From contig CAYXJO010000005.1 in assembly GCA_964465205.1 (NCBI GenBank), forward strand, positions 4,552-68,551: a stretch of 64,000 nt of DNA, given 5' to 3'. This DNA comes from an uncultured Gammaproteobacteria bacterium. GTDB lineage: Bacteria > Patescibacteriota > Patescibacteriia > Magasanikbacterales > GWA2-37-8. Every line of letters starts with the position of its first letter. Within the stretch, counting starts at the first letter, position 1. The position numbers and the translations under genes were made by a program. The notes under the pieces were generated by a model, which saw nothing but the letters and a program-made list of their open reading frames with translations, ran no database searches and was not told where the DNA came from. Of this stretch, positions 6,726 through 15,999 are shown piece by piece.

Positions 6726-8111
6726 ATGAACGTCGAATTGCACTCTCTCTTCACTCCGCATAATGCCGAAACCAAAAATCTGGGCCCGACGATTGATCGC
6801 AAGATTCAATCTTCGGTGATGTTGTGTCACACCTTGCCAGACTACCAGGTGGTTTATCCTCAAGCCGTGGTGCAGGCACTGTGCGAATTGTACACCGAGT
6901 ACAATCTCGCCTTCCGCAAACTGGTTGAAGCCAATAGAGAATGGTCCGACGACTACCACCACTTGATGTACGGTCCCGATTGCACCCCGGTGAACTTCGC
7001 TGTCCAGATCGACATGTTGGGGTTGCCGGAGTGGTTTCTGCAAGAGGCGACGACTATGCCCGTCAACCTGTTGCGCGAACTGTTGCGCGGTACGGTGTTC
7101 GAGATCGAAAACTCCTTGGCCATGTACCAACTGCTCGAACGTACTTGTGCCAATGGCGATGGCCCGTCGTACTTCCAGCCGCGTTTTCGTCAGGCGTTGG
7201 ACGAGTTGCGCCGGCGCCACGGTAAGCCCATCGCGTTACTGGCTGTAACCCAGCAAAAGTATCAAGCGATGCGTGAGTCCGAATTTGGCAAGCAGGATGG
7301 AGACGCGCTGTCGAACCAAGAAGTTCGTGATCTGTCCGGATTCGATTACTTCTTTGGTCCTGATGAATTCCGCCACCATGTCCAAGAGAAGGGTGGATGC
7401 GAATTCATGCTGTACGTGCGTTCATCCGATCCGGTGGCCAAACTCAAGAAACCCAAATTGAGCGTCGATCATCCGCTCCTGGGCGACGCACAAATGCGCC
7501 GTGTCATCAAAGCGAACGCGATCACGTTCAATGTGGATGCTCCGGAAATGCAATACCCGCAACGCATCAACGACACCAAAGAATACATGGGTCCGCTCGG
7601 CATGGGGTACGAAATCAGCCGTGTAGAAGACCTTATGTCCGGTGAAGTGTGCGAACACCTGGCCACCAGCCATTCGTTCGAAGAATATCATGGCCAACGT
7701 TTGTCCGACGGGTTTGCTCAATACCTGGCGCGTCGTGGAATGCCGATGCAAGCAATCGAATCCGGTTCTGTCCACTTGCGGGCCAAACCGGCCAAGGGTA
7801 CTTACGGTTGCTACGGCCATGTGCGCGGCCCCTTGTCCAGCGGCGCCAAATTCCGCAAAGATTTGGCTTACGAATTGAGGCAACGAGGTGGTACATACGT
7901 GGTGCAGCCGGAAATGACCACGCCGCAGATCGTCAATACCAAAGACGGCGTCACGTACACGTACATCGATCGCAATTTTCTCGCCTTTACCAATGGCCAT
8001 CCGGTTTTCCTCGGCGGCTTCCGTTCGATGTTGCCGGTGGACACCAACGAGGCCCACAAGGGTCGAGTGCATGGTAATCGCGACACGGTCTGGGCGGAAA
8101 TCGTAGCCTAG
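6726..8111 (+). CDS. Hypothetical protein, probable circularly permuted ATP-grasp ligase
   Basis: QIDM, FEIEN, AKPAKGTYGCYG, YVVQPEM motifs; SD CAGGAG; GC-richer than neighbours. Confidence 0.6.
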   Translation: MNVELHSLFTPHNAETKNLGPTIDRKIQSSVMLCHTLPDYQVVYPQAVVQALCELYTEYNLAFRKLVEANREWSDDYHHLMYGPDCTPVNFAVQIDMLGLPEWFLQEATTMPVNLLRELLRGTVFEIENSLAMYQLLERTCANGDGPSYFQPRFRQALDELRRRHGKPIALLAVTQQKYQAMRESEFGKQDGDALSNQEVRDLSGFDYFFGPDEFRHHVQEKGGCEFMLYVRSSDPVAKLKKPKLSVDHPLLGDAQMRRVIKANAITFNVDAPEMQYPQRINDTKEYMGPLGMGYEISRVEDLMSGEVCEHLATSHSFEEYHGQRLSDGFAQYLARRGMPMQAIESGSVHLRAKPAKGTYGCYGHVRGPLSSGAKFRKDLAYELRQRGGTYVVQPEMTTPQIVNTKDGVTYTYIDRNFLAFTNGHPVFLGGFRSMLPVDTNEAHKGRVHGNRDTVWAEIVA

Positions 8112-8134
8112 ACCACAGATAGCACCTATCAAAC

Positions 8135-8181
8135 GGTCGTGTGCCAATCCCAATCGGATTGACACACGACCAATTCCTTTT
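8135..8181 (+). terminator. Hairpin after the ATP-grasp gene
   Basis: GGTCGTGTG..CAATCC/GGATTG..CACACGACC. Confidence 0.6.
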
Positions 8182-8219
8182 TAAAATATGTTAAATGGCC
8201 GTTACTTATTTAGATAATT

Positions 8220-9293
8220 ATGGCAAACGAAATTTTGTCCTTAGCTCAAAAATTAATTTCTATCAGATCAATCGCTGGGAATCATAAAGCACTTCGGCAA
8301 GTTTTAAATTTAGTATTATCAAAATTGAACAATTACACAATTGAGAATTTTGAGAACAATGGTATACCCAGTGCTTTGGTTTATAACACTCCGGTTCGTC
8401 CGGAAAAATTTAAAATTATTTTGAATGCGCACTTGGATGTAATACCAGGTAAAGAAGAACAATACTTGCCGCGAGTAGAAGGCGATAAGTTGTTTGGCGT
8501 TGGTGCTATGGACATGAAAGCCAATGCCGCTTGTATAATTATGGCGTTTAGTGAGTTAGCCAAGGATTTGTCATACCCAATCGCTTTACAATTAACCACT
8601 GATGAAGAAATTGGCGGCTTTGATGGCACCAAATACCAAATTGAGCAGGGGATAAGAGGGGATTTTGTGCTAACTAGTGAACCTACCAATTTCGATATTG
8701 TCCACGAAGCCAAAGGGATTCTGTGGTTAAAAATTTCTACCAAAGGCACAACTGCGCACGGTGCTTATCCTTGGAAAGGGCAAAATGCTATTTGGGATAT
8801 ACAGGATTTTTTAAATAAATTGAAAAAAGCATATCCCGTACCCGTAAATGAAAGTTGGTGCACTACGGTTAATTTGAGCCAAATTGGTTCCACCAATAAT
8901 GTTTATAACAAAATTCCAGCTGATTGTTGGGTGGGGTTGGATGTGCGTTTTATAGAGAATGATGGACGAGAGGTTTTGGAAACTATTAAAAATCTTTTGC
9001 CGGTTGGTGCTAGTATGGAAGTGCTTGCCAACGAACCTTCGCTACACACGGCTGCAAGCGACAATCAATTGCAATTATTAAAAAATATCGGCAGTAAAAT
9101 TTTAAGCAGAGAAATAGTCTTGCGTGGTGCCAATGGTAGTTCTGATGCGCGTCATTACGCACAGGTTGGTGGTGCCGGGATAGAATTCGGCCCGGTCGGC
9201 GGAAATATTGGTGCCGATGATGAGTGGGTTAGTATTTCGTCTTTAAATGAGTATTATCAAATTATTAAGAAGTTTTTGTTAGGTATAAATTAA
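8220..9293 (+). CDS. M20 family metallopeptidase/deacylase (ArgE/DapE-like)
   Basis: NAHLDVIP, GAMDMK, TDEEIGG, SEPT, AHGAYP, SSDARHY. Confidence 0.9.
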   Translation: MANEILSLAQKLISIRSIAGNHKALRQVLNLVLSKLNNYTIENFENNGIPSALVYNTPVRPEKFKIILNAHLDVIPGKEEQYLPRVEGDKLFGVGAMDMKANAACIIMAFSELAKDLSYPIALQLTTDEEIGGFDGTKYQIEQGIRGDFVLTSEPTNFDIVHEAKGILWLKISTKGTTAHGAYPWKGQNAIWDIQDFLNKLKKAYPVPVNESWCTTVNLSQIGSTNNVYNKIPADCWVGLDVRFIENDGREVLETIKNLLPVGASMEVLANEPSLHTAASDNQLQLLKNIGSKILSREIVLRGANGSSDARHYAQVGGAGIEFGPVGGNIGADDEWVSISSLNEYYQIIKKFLLGIN

Positions 9294-9384
9294 TACAATA
9301 TCGCAATTGCCCTATCTTCAGGAACGTGTACATAGTTAGGAAATTTTGTTATGATATCTGTTGTTAGATTTTTTTTATTTTTTT

Positions 9385-10158
9385 ATGTCCATATTGCACG
9401 CCGTAATTCTCGGCATTGTCGAAGGTATTACCGAATTTTTGCCAATTTCTTCCACCGGCCACATGATTTTGGCCGGCGAAATATTGAAAATTCCTTCGAC
9501 CGAATTTGTCAAAAGTTTTGAGATCGTAATTCAGCTGGGGGCCATTTTGGCAATAGTGGTGTTGTATTTCCGCACCCTTACCACCAATTGGGCCGCATTA
9601 AAAAAAGTAGCGGCCGCTTTTATTCCAACTACAATTGTGGGGCTAATACTATACAAAATAGTTAAGCAATTTTTGTTAGGCAATGCGATGGTGGTAGTAT
9701 GGGCGCTCGTGATTGGTGGTATTGTTCTGATTGTTTTTGAAAAAACGTATCGAGAAAAAGATTCGGCCACGGTAGAGGTGGGCAAAATCAGTTATAGGCA
9801 AGCGGTAATAATAGGACTATGCCAATGTTTGGCCATGATCCCGGGGGTGTCGCGAAGCGCAGCTACCATTGTAGGTGGTTTGGCACTGGGTCTACGTCGT
9901 CAAACCATTGTAGATTTTTCTTTTTTACTTGCAGTACCCACTATGCTGGCGGCCGGGGCTTTGGATATTTACAAATCCGCCGATAGTTTTGTGGGGACTG
10001 ATTGGTTACCGCTCGTGGTCGGATTTGTAGTGTCGTTTGTGGTGGCGCTCGGGGTGGTAAAATGGTTGCTCAAATTTATTCAGAAAAATAACTTTGTTGG
10101 CTTCGGTATTTACCGCATCATTATCGGTGTGGTTTTTTGGTTGTTTATTTTGCGATAA
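9385..10158 (+). CDS. uppP: Undecaprenyl-diphosphatase
   Basis: GIVEGITEFLPISSTGH and PGVSRSAAT. Confidence 0.95.
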   Translation: MSILHAVILGIVEGITEFLPISSTGHMILAGEILKIPSTEFVKSFEIVIQLGAILAIVVLYFRTLTTNWAALKKVAAAFIPTTIVGLILYKIVKQFLLGNAMVVVWALVIGGIVLIVFEKTYREKDSATVEVGKISYRQAVIIGLCQCLAMIPGVSRSAATIVGGLALGLRRQTIVDFSFLLAVPTMLAAGALDIYKSADSFVGTDWLPLVVGFVVSFVVALGVVKWLLKFIQKNNFVGFGIYRIIIGVVFWLFILR

Positions 10159-10215
10159 AATAAAATATCCGCCAGAGCGTGCGCTTGGCGGAATTGGTAT
10201 CGGCAAAGTATGGGT

Positions 10216-10800
10216 CTAAGACCCAAACTCACTTCCTTTCCATTTTTTGGTGGACAAATAGTAGGTCCTCTTTCCGTCAGGAATAGGACCTGTGATATCG
10301 TTTGCGTGTTGGTTGGTGTAATCCACATGAAACAACACTGGCACTTTATGCCGAGGGAATTCTCCCTTGAGAATTTCTTTGGCTCGCATCGTCATGTTGA
10401 GCACCAGCACCAAATCCATTTTGTTGTGAGTGGCGGCTCCACAAGGAGCATGTGCCACGAGCACGATGGTCCGATCCAGCCCCTTCAACAACAGTGCGTC
10501 GCGAATGTTTTTGATTGCGACAGCACTTTGCTGTATTTCCGAATTGAGTACGGACTCAGGTGGTATCACCAATGGACCCCCGTTTAGTCCCGGGGTGTGG
10601 TGCAGACGAACAGAGCCCCGTTGGCCCAGGCCACTCAAGAACCCACGGCTATCCGGGGTTTGGTCACAGTCTGGGCAGTCGCAGACGACCGCCCCTTGGG
10701 CCAGCTCTATTGAGTTTTCCTGTACATCGTTTAGAATGCCTGCTTCTCGCAGGCGTCTGATCAGGACCAGTTGGTCCTGTGGTATCACGAGTTTGGCCAT
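10216..10800 (-). CDS. Orphan protein, beta-carbonic-anhydrase-like metal site
   Basis: CPDCD...NGG...AHAPCGA; SD GGAGG; own TTGACA-17-TAAAAT promoter (10894-10922). Confidence 0.5.
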   Translation of the reverse strand: MAKLVIPQDQLVLIRRLREAGILNDVQENSIELAQGAVVCDCPDCDQTPDSRGFLSGLGQRGSVRLHHTPGLNGGPLVIPPESVLNSEIQQSAVAIKNIRDALLLKGLDRTIVLVAHAPCGAATHNKMDLVLVLNMTMRAKEILKGEFPRHKVPVLFHVDYTNQHANDITGPIPDGKRTYYLSTKKWKGSEFGS

Positions 10801-10971
10801 AATGAGCCCTCCATTTCGCCGATTCCGTCGGCTACGGTGTCCGTGTTGTATGGACATGTGTAAAAGATAGGTCAAAGAACTGTATTGGGCACCATTTTAG
10901 CACTATATTATTATAATGTCAATACTTTTTTGTTTTGACGCTATGGGCATAAGTTTGTATAATGACCGTAT

Positions 10972-11799
10972 ATGTTGGATCAAGAAAGTGTGATCAATAT
11001 TCACCGTCAATTGCAAGCTGTTTATCTTCACGGCGATGTTTTGCTTTGTGGTAGTTATTTATCCGGCGAAGCCGGTGAAGACAGTGATTTGGATTTTACT
11101 CTTTTAACAGATAATTTTCGTTATTTTAATTTTTATCGTCGTCACAAAGAATTAATTTCGCAGATTAAATTACAAAACCCCAAAATAAGTTTAGCAATTT
11201 GGCCCAGGTGGTACTGCGCACTTGGTTGGCATTATGTATATGGTCGCAATTTGGCCGGTAAAATTTTTACTAGTCCATTGCGCAAGAAATTTGTTATTTG
11301 CACCGGTTTGAAATTGGCTTTTTTTTACTGGTTGAAATTCAGTGTTACGAAAAACGCGAAATATTTGATCCAGTCCGCTCGACAAATAGCGGCGGTACAG
11401 GTGGTAGCCAATTTAGCGGCTCACGATTTGGGTTTAGATTTTTCGCGTAAGTTTATCAATGATCATACACATTTATTGATGCCGCAGAGCACAGATGTCT
11501 TAATTCGAATTATCAATTCCCCTCCGGATTATGCACCGGGATCGGGCGATAGTTACTCGGTTTTACAAATTATTCAAGATACTTATAGACAACTACGGAG
11601 TTACTTTAGTTTTTCACCGGCCAACTATTTGTTGTACAATTTTAAATTTTTAATGCGTGGCTCAATCGAATTTGTTTTTAGAAATCCCGATAAATATTTG
11701 ATTAACATAATTGCCGGCGCCACACAAGCGGACCAGAAAGAGCGAGAGCGAATTTATCAACATCTAAATATTGTCATCTTTCCCATTATTGTGATATAA
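10972..11799 (+). CDS. Nucleotidyltransferase-domain protein
   Basis: CGSYLSGEAGEDSDLDF (GS...DxD). Confidence 0.7.
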   Translation: MLDQESVINIHRQLQAVYLHGDVLLCGSYLSGEAGEDSDLDFTLLTDNFRYFNFYRRHKELISQIKLQNPKISLAIWPRWYCALGWHYVYGRNLAGKIFTSPLRKKFVICTGLKLAFFYWLKFSVTKNAKYLIQSARQIAAVQVVANLAAHDLGLDFSRKFINDHTHLLMPQSTDVLIRIINSPPDYAPGSGDSYSVLQIIQDTYRQLRSYFSFSPANYLLYNFKFLMRGSIEFVFRNPDKYLINIIAGATQADQKERERIYQHLNIVIFPIIVI

Positions 11800-11879
11800 T
11801 CTTCCCACAGTTGACAAATTACCGCGGATATCATACTATATTAGTATTAGATTATTTTCTTAATTTTTGTTTATTGTCT

Positions 11880-12113
11880 ATGTCGCGTCAGATTACCATT
11901 TATTCCACACCGACTTGCCCATATTGTCATATGGCCAAAGATTTTTTTACCAAAAACGGCTTGGAATTTACCGATTATAATGTGATGGCGGATCAATCCA
12001 AAGCCCAGGAGATGGTAGAGAAATCCGGTCAAATGGGAGTACCGGTGATAGAAATTGACGGTAGAATTGTGGTAGGATTTAATCAGCCAGAAATTGAAAA
12101 GTTGTTGAATTAA
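11880..12113 (+). CDS. Glutaredoxin-like (NrdH/YruB type)
   Basis: YSTPTCPYC, GQMGVPVI. Confidence 0.92.
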   Translation: MSRQITIYSTPTCPYCHMAKDFFTKNGLEFTDYNVMADQSKAQEMVEKSGQMGVPVIEIDGRIVVGFNQPEIEKLLN

Positions 12114-12115
12114 TT

Positions 12116-12703
12116 ATGACTGAAATTATTTTTGATATTGAAACTCAAAATTCTTTTGCCGAAGTAAATAACGATTTTAAAAAATTGAAAGTTTCAGTCG
12201 TATCGATATACAATACCGCTACCGATACTTACCAAAGTTTTACCGAAGATGAGCTGGGGAAGCTATGGCCGATTTTGGAGCATGCCGATCGAATTATTGG
12301 CTACAATAGCGAACATTTTGACATTCCCGTGTTGGGAAATTATTATTTGGGAGATTTATTTTCTATTCCGCACTTAGATATTATGAAAGTGGTCAAGGAT
12401 AGTCTAGGAGTGCGACTCAAATTGGCAGATTTGGCCGAAGCGACACTGGATGACGTAAATAAAAGTGCCGATGGTTTGCAGGCAATTCGTTGGTGGAAAG
12501 AAGGCAAAATTGATGAAATCAAGAAATATTGCGAACAAGATGTACGCGTCACCAAAGAGATTTATGATTTTGGTCGCAACAACAAGCAGTTATTTTATAA
12601 AAATTTTAAAGGTGAAGTAGTGCCTTTTGCGGTGAATTTTGATCCGCCCGCATCAAGCCAGCAAGTATCAGCTAAAAAAATTAATTTAACCCTACCGTTT
12701 TGA
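12116..12703 (+). CDS. RNase H-like DEDD exonuclease (YprB-like)
   Basis: FDIET, GYNSEHFD, YCEQDV. Confidence 0.85.
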   Translation: MTEIIFDIETQNSFAEVNNDFKKLKVSVVSIYNTATDTYQSFTEDELGKLWPILEHADRIIGYNSEHFDIPVLGNYYLGDLFSIPHLDIMKVVKDSLGVRLKLADLAEATLDDVNKSADGLQAIRWWKEGKIDEIKKYCEQDVRVTKEIYDFGRNNKQLFYKNFKGEVVPFAVNFDPPASSQQVSAKKINLTLPF

Positions 12704-12704
12704 T

Positions 12705-13094
12705 ATGTTATCTTTTCGCCGTGAGACCGAATATGCCGTACAGCTATTGCGCTGTTTGGCCCTATCCAAAACCGAAAAGAGCTTGAAAGAAATTTCTGGC
12801 GAAATTGGTGTGTCTTTCCTTTTTTTACAAAAAATCGCTCGTAAATTAAGAGTAGCGAATTTGATTTCCGCCGAAAAGGGCGCGAGTGGAGGTTATCATT
12901 TAGAGGTGGCTCCCAAAAAATTGAGTTTACGTAAAATTATCGCCGTTACCGAAGCGGATTGTGCGCTTTTGCCTTGCTGTGACTCGAAATACCAATGTCA
13001 CAAAAGTAAAAGTTGCGCACTTAAGGGTAAAGTTTCAAAAGTGAATCTGGAATTAAATAAGATGTTGGATAAAATTAAATTGTCCGATTTGTAA
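12705..13094 (+). CDS. Rrf2 family regulator (IscR-like)
   Basis: TEYAVQLL, KGASGGYHL, C-terminal Cys cluster. Confidence 0.9.
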   Translation: MLSFRRETEYAVQLLRCLALSKTEKSLKEISGEIGVSFLFLQKIARKLRVANLISAEKGASGGYHLEVAPKKLSLRKIIAVTEADCALLPCCDSKYQCHKSKSCALKGKVSKVNLELNKMLDKIKLSDL

Positions 13095-13096
13095 TT

Positions 13097-14338
13097 ATGT
13101 TAGTCAAGCCAAAAAAAGTTAGAAAAATATATCTGGATCATGCCGCCACCACTCCAATGGACCCGCGTGTTTTGACTGCTATGAAGCCATATTTTACTGA
13201 TAAATTTGGCAACCCATCATCTTTGTACGCGTTGGGGCGTGAATCTAATGGAGCGATAAATGACGCCCGCCGCCTAGTGGCTCAACTCATGCATGCTTTG
13301 CCGGATAATATTGTTTTTACCGGTGGCGGTACCGAATCAGACAATCTGGCAATTTATGGAATCGCGCGCGCCCACGAACAGCAGGGTAGACATATCATAT
13401 CTACCCCCATCGAACATCATGCAGTTTTACATGCTCTGGATGATTTGAAAAAACAAGGTTGGGAAATTACTTTTGTTAAAGTGGACAAAGATGGACTAGT
13501 GAATCCGGCCGATGTGATGGCCGCTATCCGTCCGGATACGGTTTTAGTTTCGGTGATGTACGCCAACAATGAGGTTGGCACAGTGGAACCAATCGCCGAT
13601 ATTGGTAGAGAAATTTTGAAATATCGCAAATCCAACAATACTATTTATCCGTTTTTCCATTCCGATGCCTGTCAGGCGGCCGGCTATTTGGATTTGGATG
13701 TAGAGAAATTACATGTTGATTTACTGGCTATAAATGGTAGTAAGATTTACGGACCAAAAGGAGTGGGAGTATTGTATGTACGCCGTGGGGTAAAAATAAA
13801 ACCATTACTAGTGGGTGGAGCACAGGAGCGACGCTTGCGTGCCGGCACCGAGAATGTTCCCGGCATAGTTGGTTTGGCGAAAGCGTTGGAATTAGCACAA
13901 AGTAAAAAAGAAAAAGAATACGCGCGCGTACAAGCCCTGGTTAAATATTTTTGGCAGGAATTACAAAATAAAATTGTCAAAATAAAATTAAACGGTCCGC
14001 AAATTGGCGACAAGCGTTTGCCGAACAATTTAAATATTACTTTTTTGGATGTAGAAGGCGAAGCGATGTTGTTGTATTTGGATGAATACGGTGTGATGTG
14101 TTCCACCGGCTCGGCCTGCACCAGCGAATCTTTGGATCCTTCACATGTTTTGGCTGCAATTGGTTTGCCCTACGAATATGCGCATGGCAGTATTCGGTTT
14201 ACTTTTGGTCACAGCAACACCAAGACTGATGTGGATTATATTATGAAATATTTACCGGCGGTGATTCAGCAGTTGCGCGAGATGAGTCCGGTAAAAATCG
14301 GCGAACGCGATCATGCCAAATATATTGGAGTAAAATAA
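13097..14338 (+). CDS. iscS: Cysteine desulfurase
   Basis: YLDHAATTP, GSKIYGPKG, STGSACTS. Confidence 0.93.
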   Translation: MLVKPKKVRKIYLDHAATTPMDPRVLTAMKPYFTDKFGNPSSLYALGRESNGAINDARRLVAQLMHALPDNIVFTGGGTESDNLAIYGIARAHEQQGRHIISTPIEHHAVLHALDDLKKQGWEITFVKVDKDGLVNPADVMAAIRPDTVLVSVMYANNEVGTVEPIADIGREILKYRKSNNTIYPFFHSDACQAAGYLDLDVEKLHVDLLAINGSKIYGPKGVGVLYVRRGVKIKPLLVGGAQERRLRAGTENVPGIVGLAKALELAQSKKEKEYARVQALVKYFWQELQNKIVKIKLNGPQIGDKRLPNNLNITFLDVEGEAMLLYLDEYGVMCSTGSACTSESLDPSHVLAAIGLPYEYAHGSIRFTFGHSNTKTDVDYIMKYLPAVIQQLREMSPVKIGERDHAKYIGVK

Positions 14339-14339
14339 T

Positions 14340-15020
14340 ATGCCAAGAAAATCTATAAAAAAATCCAATTTGAAGGATCCGGTAGATATTCGTAGTACCG
14401 GCGGCGAGGGTTGGTTGTATTCCGAAATTGTGAAGGATCATTTTTTCAATCCACGCAATTTCATGCATTATGGTGAAGAAGAAAAGTTTAAATTTAATGG
14501 TCTGGGGAGAGTTGGTTCTCCGGCTTGTGGTGATGAAATGGTGTTGTGGATACAGATAGATCCCAAAACTGATAAAATTAAAGATTGCCGTTGGCGCACT
14601 TTTGGTTGTGGTAGCGCCATTGCCAGCACCAGCGTGCTCTCAGAGATGCTGATTGAGAAGGGCGGTATGAATGTCGATAAAGCTCTCAAAATACGTCCAC
14701 AGGACATTTTGGAACGCTTGGGAGGCCTTCCAGACCGCAAGATCCATTGTTCAGTATTAGGAGATAAAGCCTTGCAGGCGGCTATCAATGACTACTTTCG
14801 CAATACCAACCAACACAGCCGAGTAGTCACTACTGGATCGAAAATTATTGACAAAGACTTGAATATTACCGATCACGATATCGAAGAAGCGGTGCTCGAA
14901 GGTGCGCAAACTTTGGAAGACTTGCAGAGAAAATTAAAAATTGGAGTATTTGATACAAGTACAATTCCGGCAATTGAAGAGTTGTTGCGATTTTATCAAG
15001 AAAAATATTACGGCGTGTAA
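14340..15020 (+). CDS. iscU: IscU/NifU scaffold with a degenerate BFD-like C-domain
   Basis: PACGDEM, FGCGSAIAS, KIHCSVL. Confidence 0.88.
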   Translation: MPRKSIKKSNLKDPVDIRSTGGEGWLYSEIVKDHFFNPRNFMHYGEEEKFKFNGLGRVGSPACGDEMVLWIQIDPKTDKIKDCRWRTFGCGSAIASTSVLSEMLIEKGGMNVDKALKIRPQDILERLGGLPDRKIHCSVLGDKALQAAINDYFRNTNQHSRVVTTGSKIIDKDLNITDHDIEEAVLEGAQTLEDLQRKLKIGVFDTSTIPAIEELLRFYQEKYYGV

Positions 15021-15059
15021 TTGAAAAAAATCAGTCAATTATTTTTTTAAATATTTTTT

Positions 15060-15245
15060 ATGAAAAAAGTAGTCGTCGACAAGGAGAAGTGTATTGGCTG
15101 TGGCACCTGCCCGGCGCTATGCCCGAATGTGTTCAAGATGGACGAAGATGGAAAAGCGACAGTGTATAACGAGCAAGGAGATACACCGGAAAATATTAAA
15201 ATGGCAGCCGATAGTTGCCCGGTCCAAGCGATTATTATTGAATAA
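15060..15245 (+). CDS. Monocluster ferredoxin
   Basis: CIGCGTCPALCP...CPVQAI. Confidence 0.92.
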   Translation: MKKVVVDKEKCIGCGTCPALCPNVFKMDEDGKATVYNEQGDTPENIKMAADSCPVQAIIIE

Positions 15246-15260
15246 ATAAAAAGAAAATTT

Positions 15261-15298
15261 AGGCCGACCCGTTATAGGGTCGGCCTTTTGCTTTTTTT
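15261..15298 (+). terminator. Intrinsic terminator
   Basis: AGGCCGACCC-gttata-GGGTCGGCCT followed by a T tract. Confidence 0.85.
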
Positions 15299-15322
15299 GG
15301 GCTTTTTTGATAAAATAAACAT

Positions 15323-15997
15323 ATGGAAAATTACGGAAAAATACATATTGTTGCCACTCCGATTGGCAATTTTGGTGATATTACTTTGCGCGCACTCGAA
15401 GTGTTAAAAAGCGTCGATTTTGTATTATGTGAGGATACACGCGAAGGTGGAAAATTATTAGCGCATTACGACATTAAAAAGTCGCTAATAAGCTATCACC
15501 AGCATAGTGATGCCAAAAAAATGCAAGAAATTGTCGGGCTATTAGAGCAGGGTAAAAATTTGGCATTGATTACTGATGCCGGCACGCCGGGGATATCTGA
15601 TCCGGGCGGATTGCTGGTGGCGCAAATTATCAAAAAATTACCACAAGTGGAAATTGTATCTGTGCCGGGGGCGTGTGCGGCTATTGCGGCATTGTCAATA
15701 TCCGGCTTGCCTACTGACAGATTTATTTTTATGGGTTTTCCGCCACATAAAAACAAGCGTCAGAAATTTTTCAAAGAAGTCGCTGCGACGGAGGGTACTG
15801 TGGTATTCTATGAATCCGGGCATCGAATCAAGAAATGTTTGAGTGAACTAGCGACTGTTTTGTCTGACACGGCTCGTATGGCGGTGGCGCGCGAAATTAC
15901 CAAGTTACACGAGACTGTTTATCGTGGCACAATTTCAGAAATTTTAAATCAAAATATTGACGAAAGAGGGGAGTTTGTAGTCGTTGTTAATTGTTAA
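15323..15997 (+). CDS. rsmI: 16S rRNA C1402 2'-O-methyltransferase
   Basis: VATPIGN, CEDTR, DAGTPGISDPG, REITKLHE. Confidence 0.95.
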   Translation: MENYGKIHIVATPIGNFGDITLRALEVLKSVDFVLCEDTREGGKLLAHYDIKKSLISYHQHSDAKKMQEIVGLLEQGKNLALITDAGTPGISDPGGLLVAQIIKKLPQVEIVSVPGACAAIAALSISGLPTDRFIFMGFPPHKNKRQKFFKEVAATEGTVVFYESGHRIKKCLSELATVLSDTARMAVAREITKLHETVYRGTISEILNQNIDERGEFVVVVNC

Positions 15998-15999
15998 TT

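Noticed and set aside
6429-8165. Long minus-strand ORFs (263 and 247 aa)
   Set aside because: Antisense shadows of a GC-rich gene that has an SD and motifs
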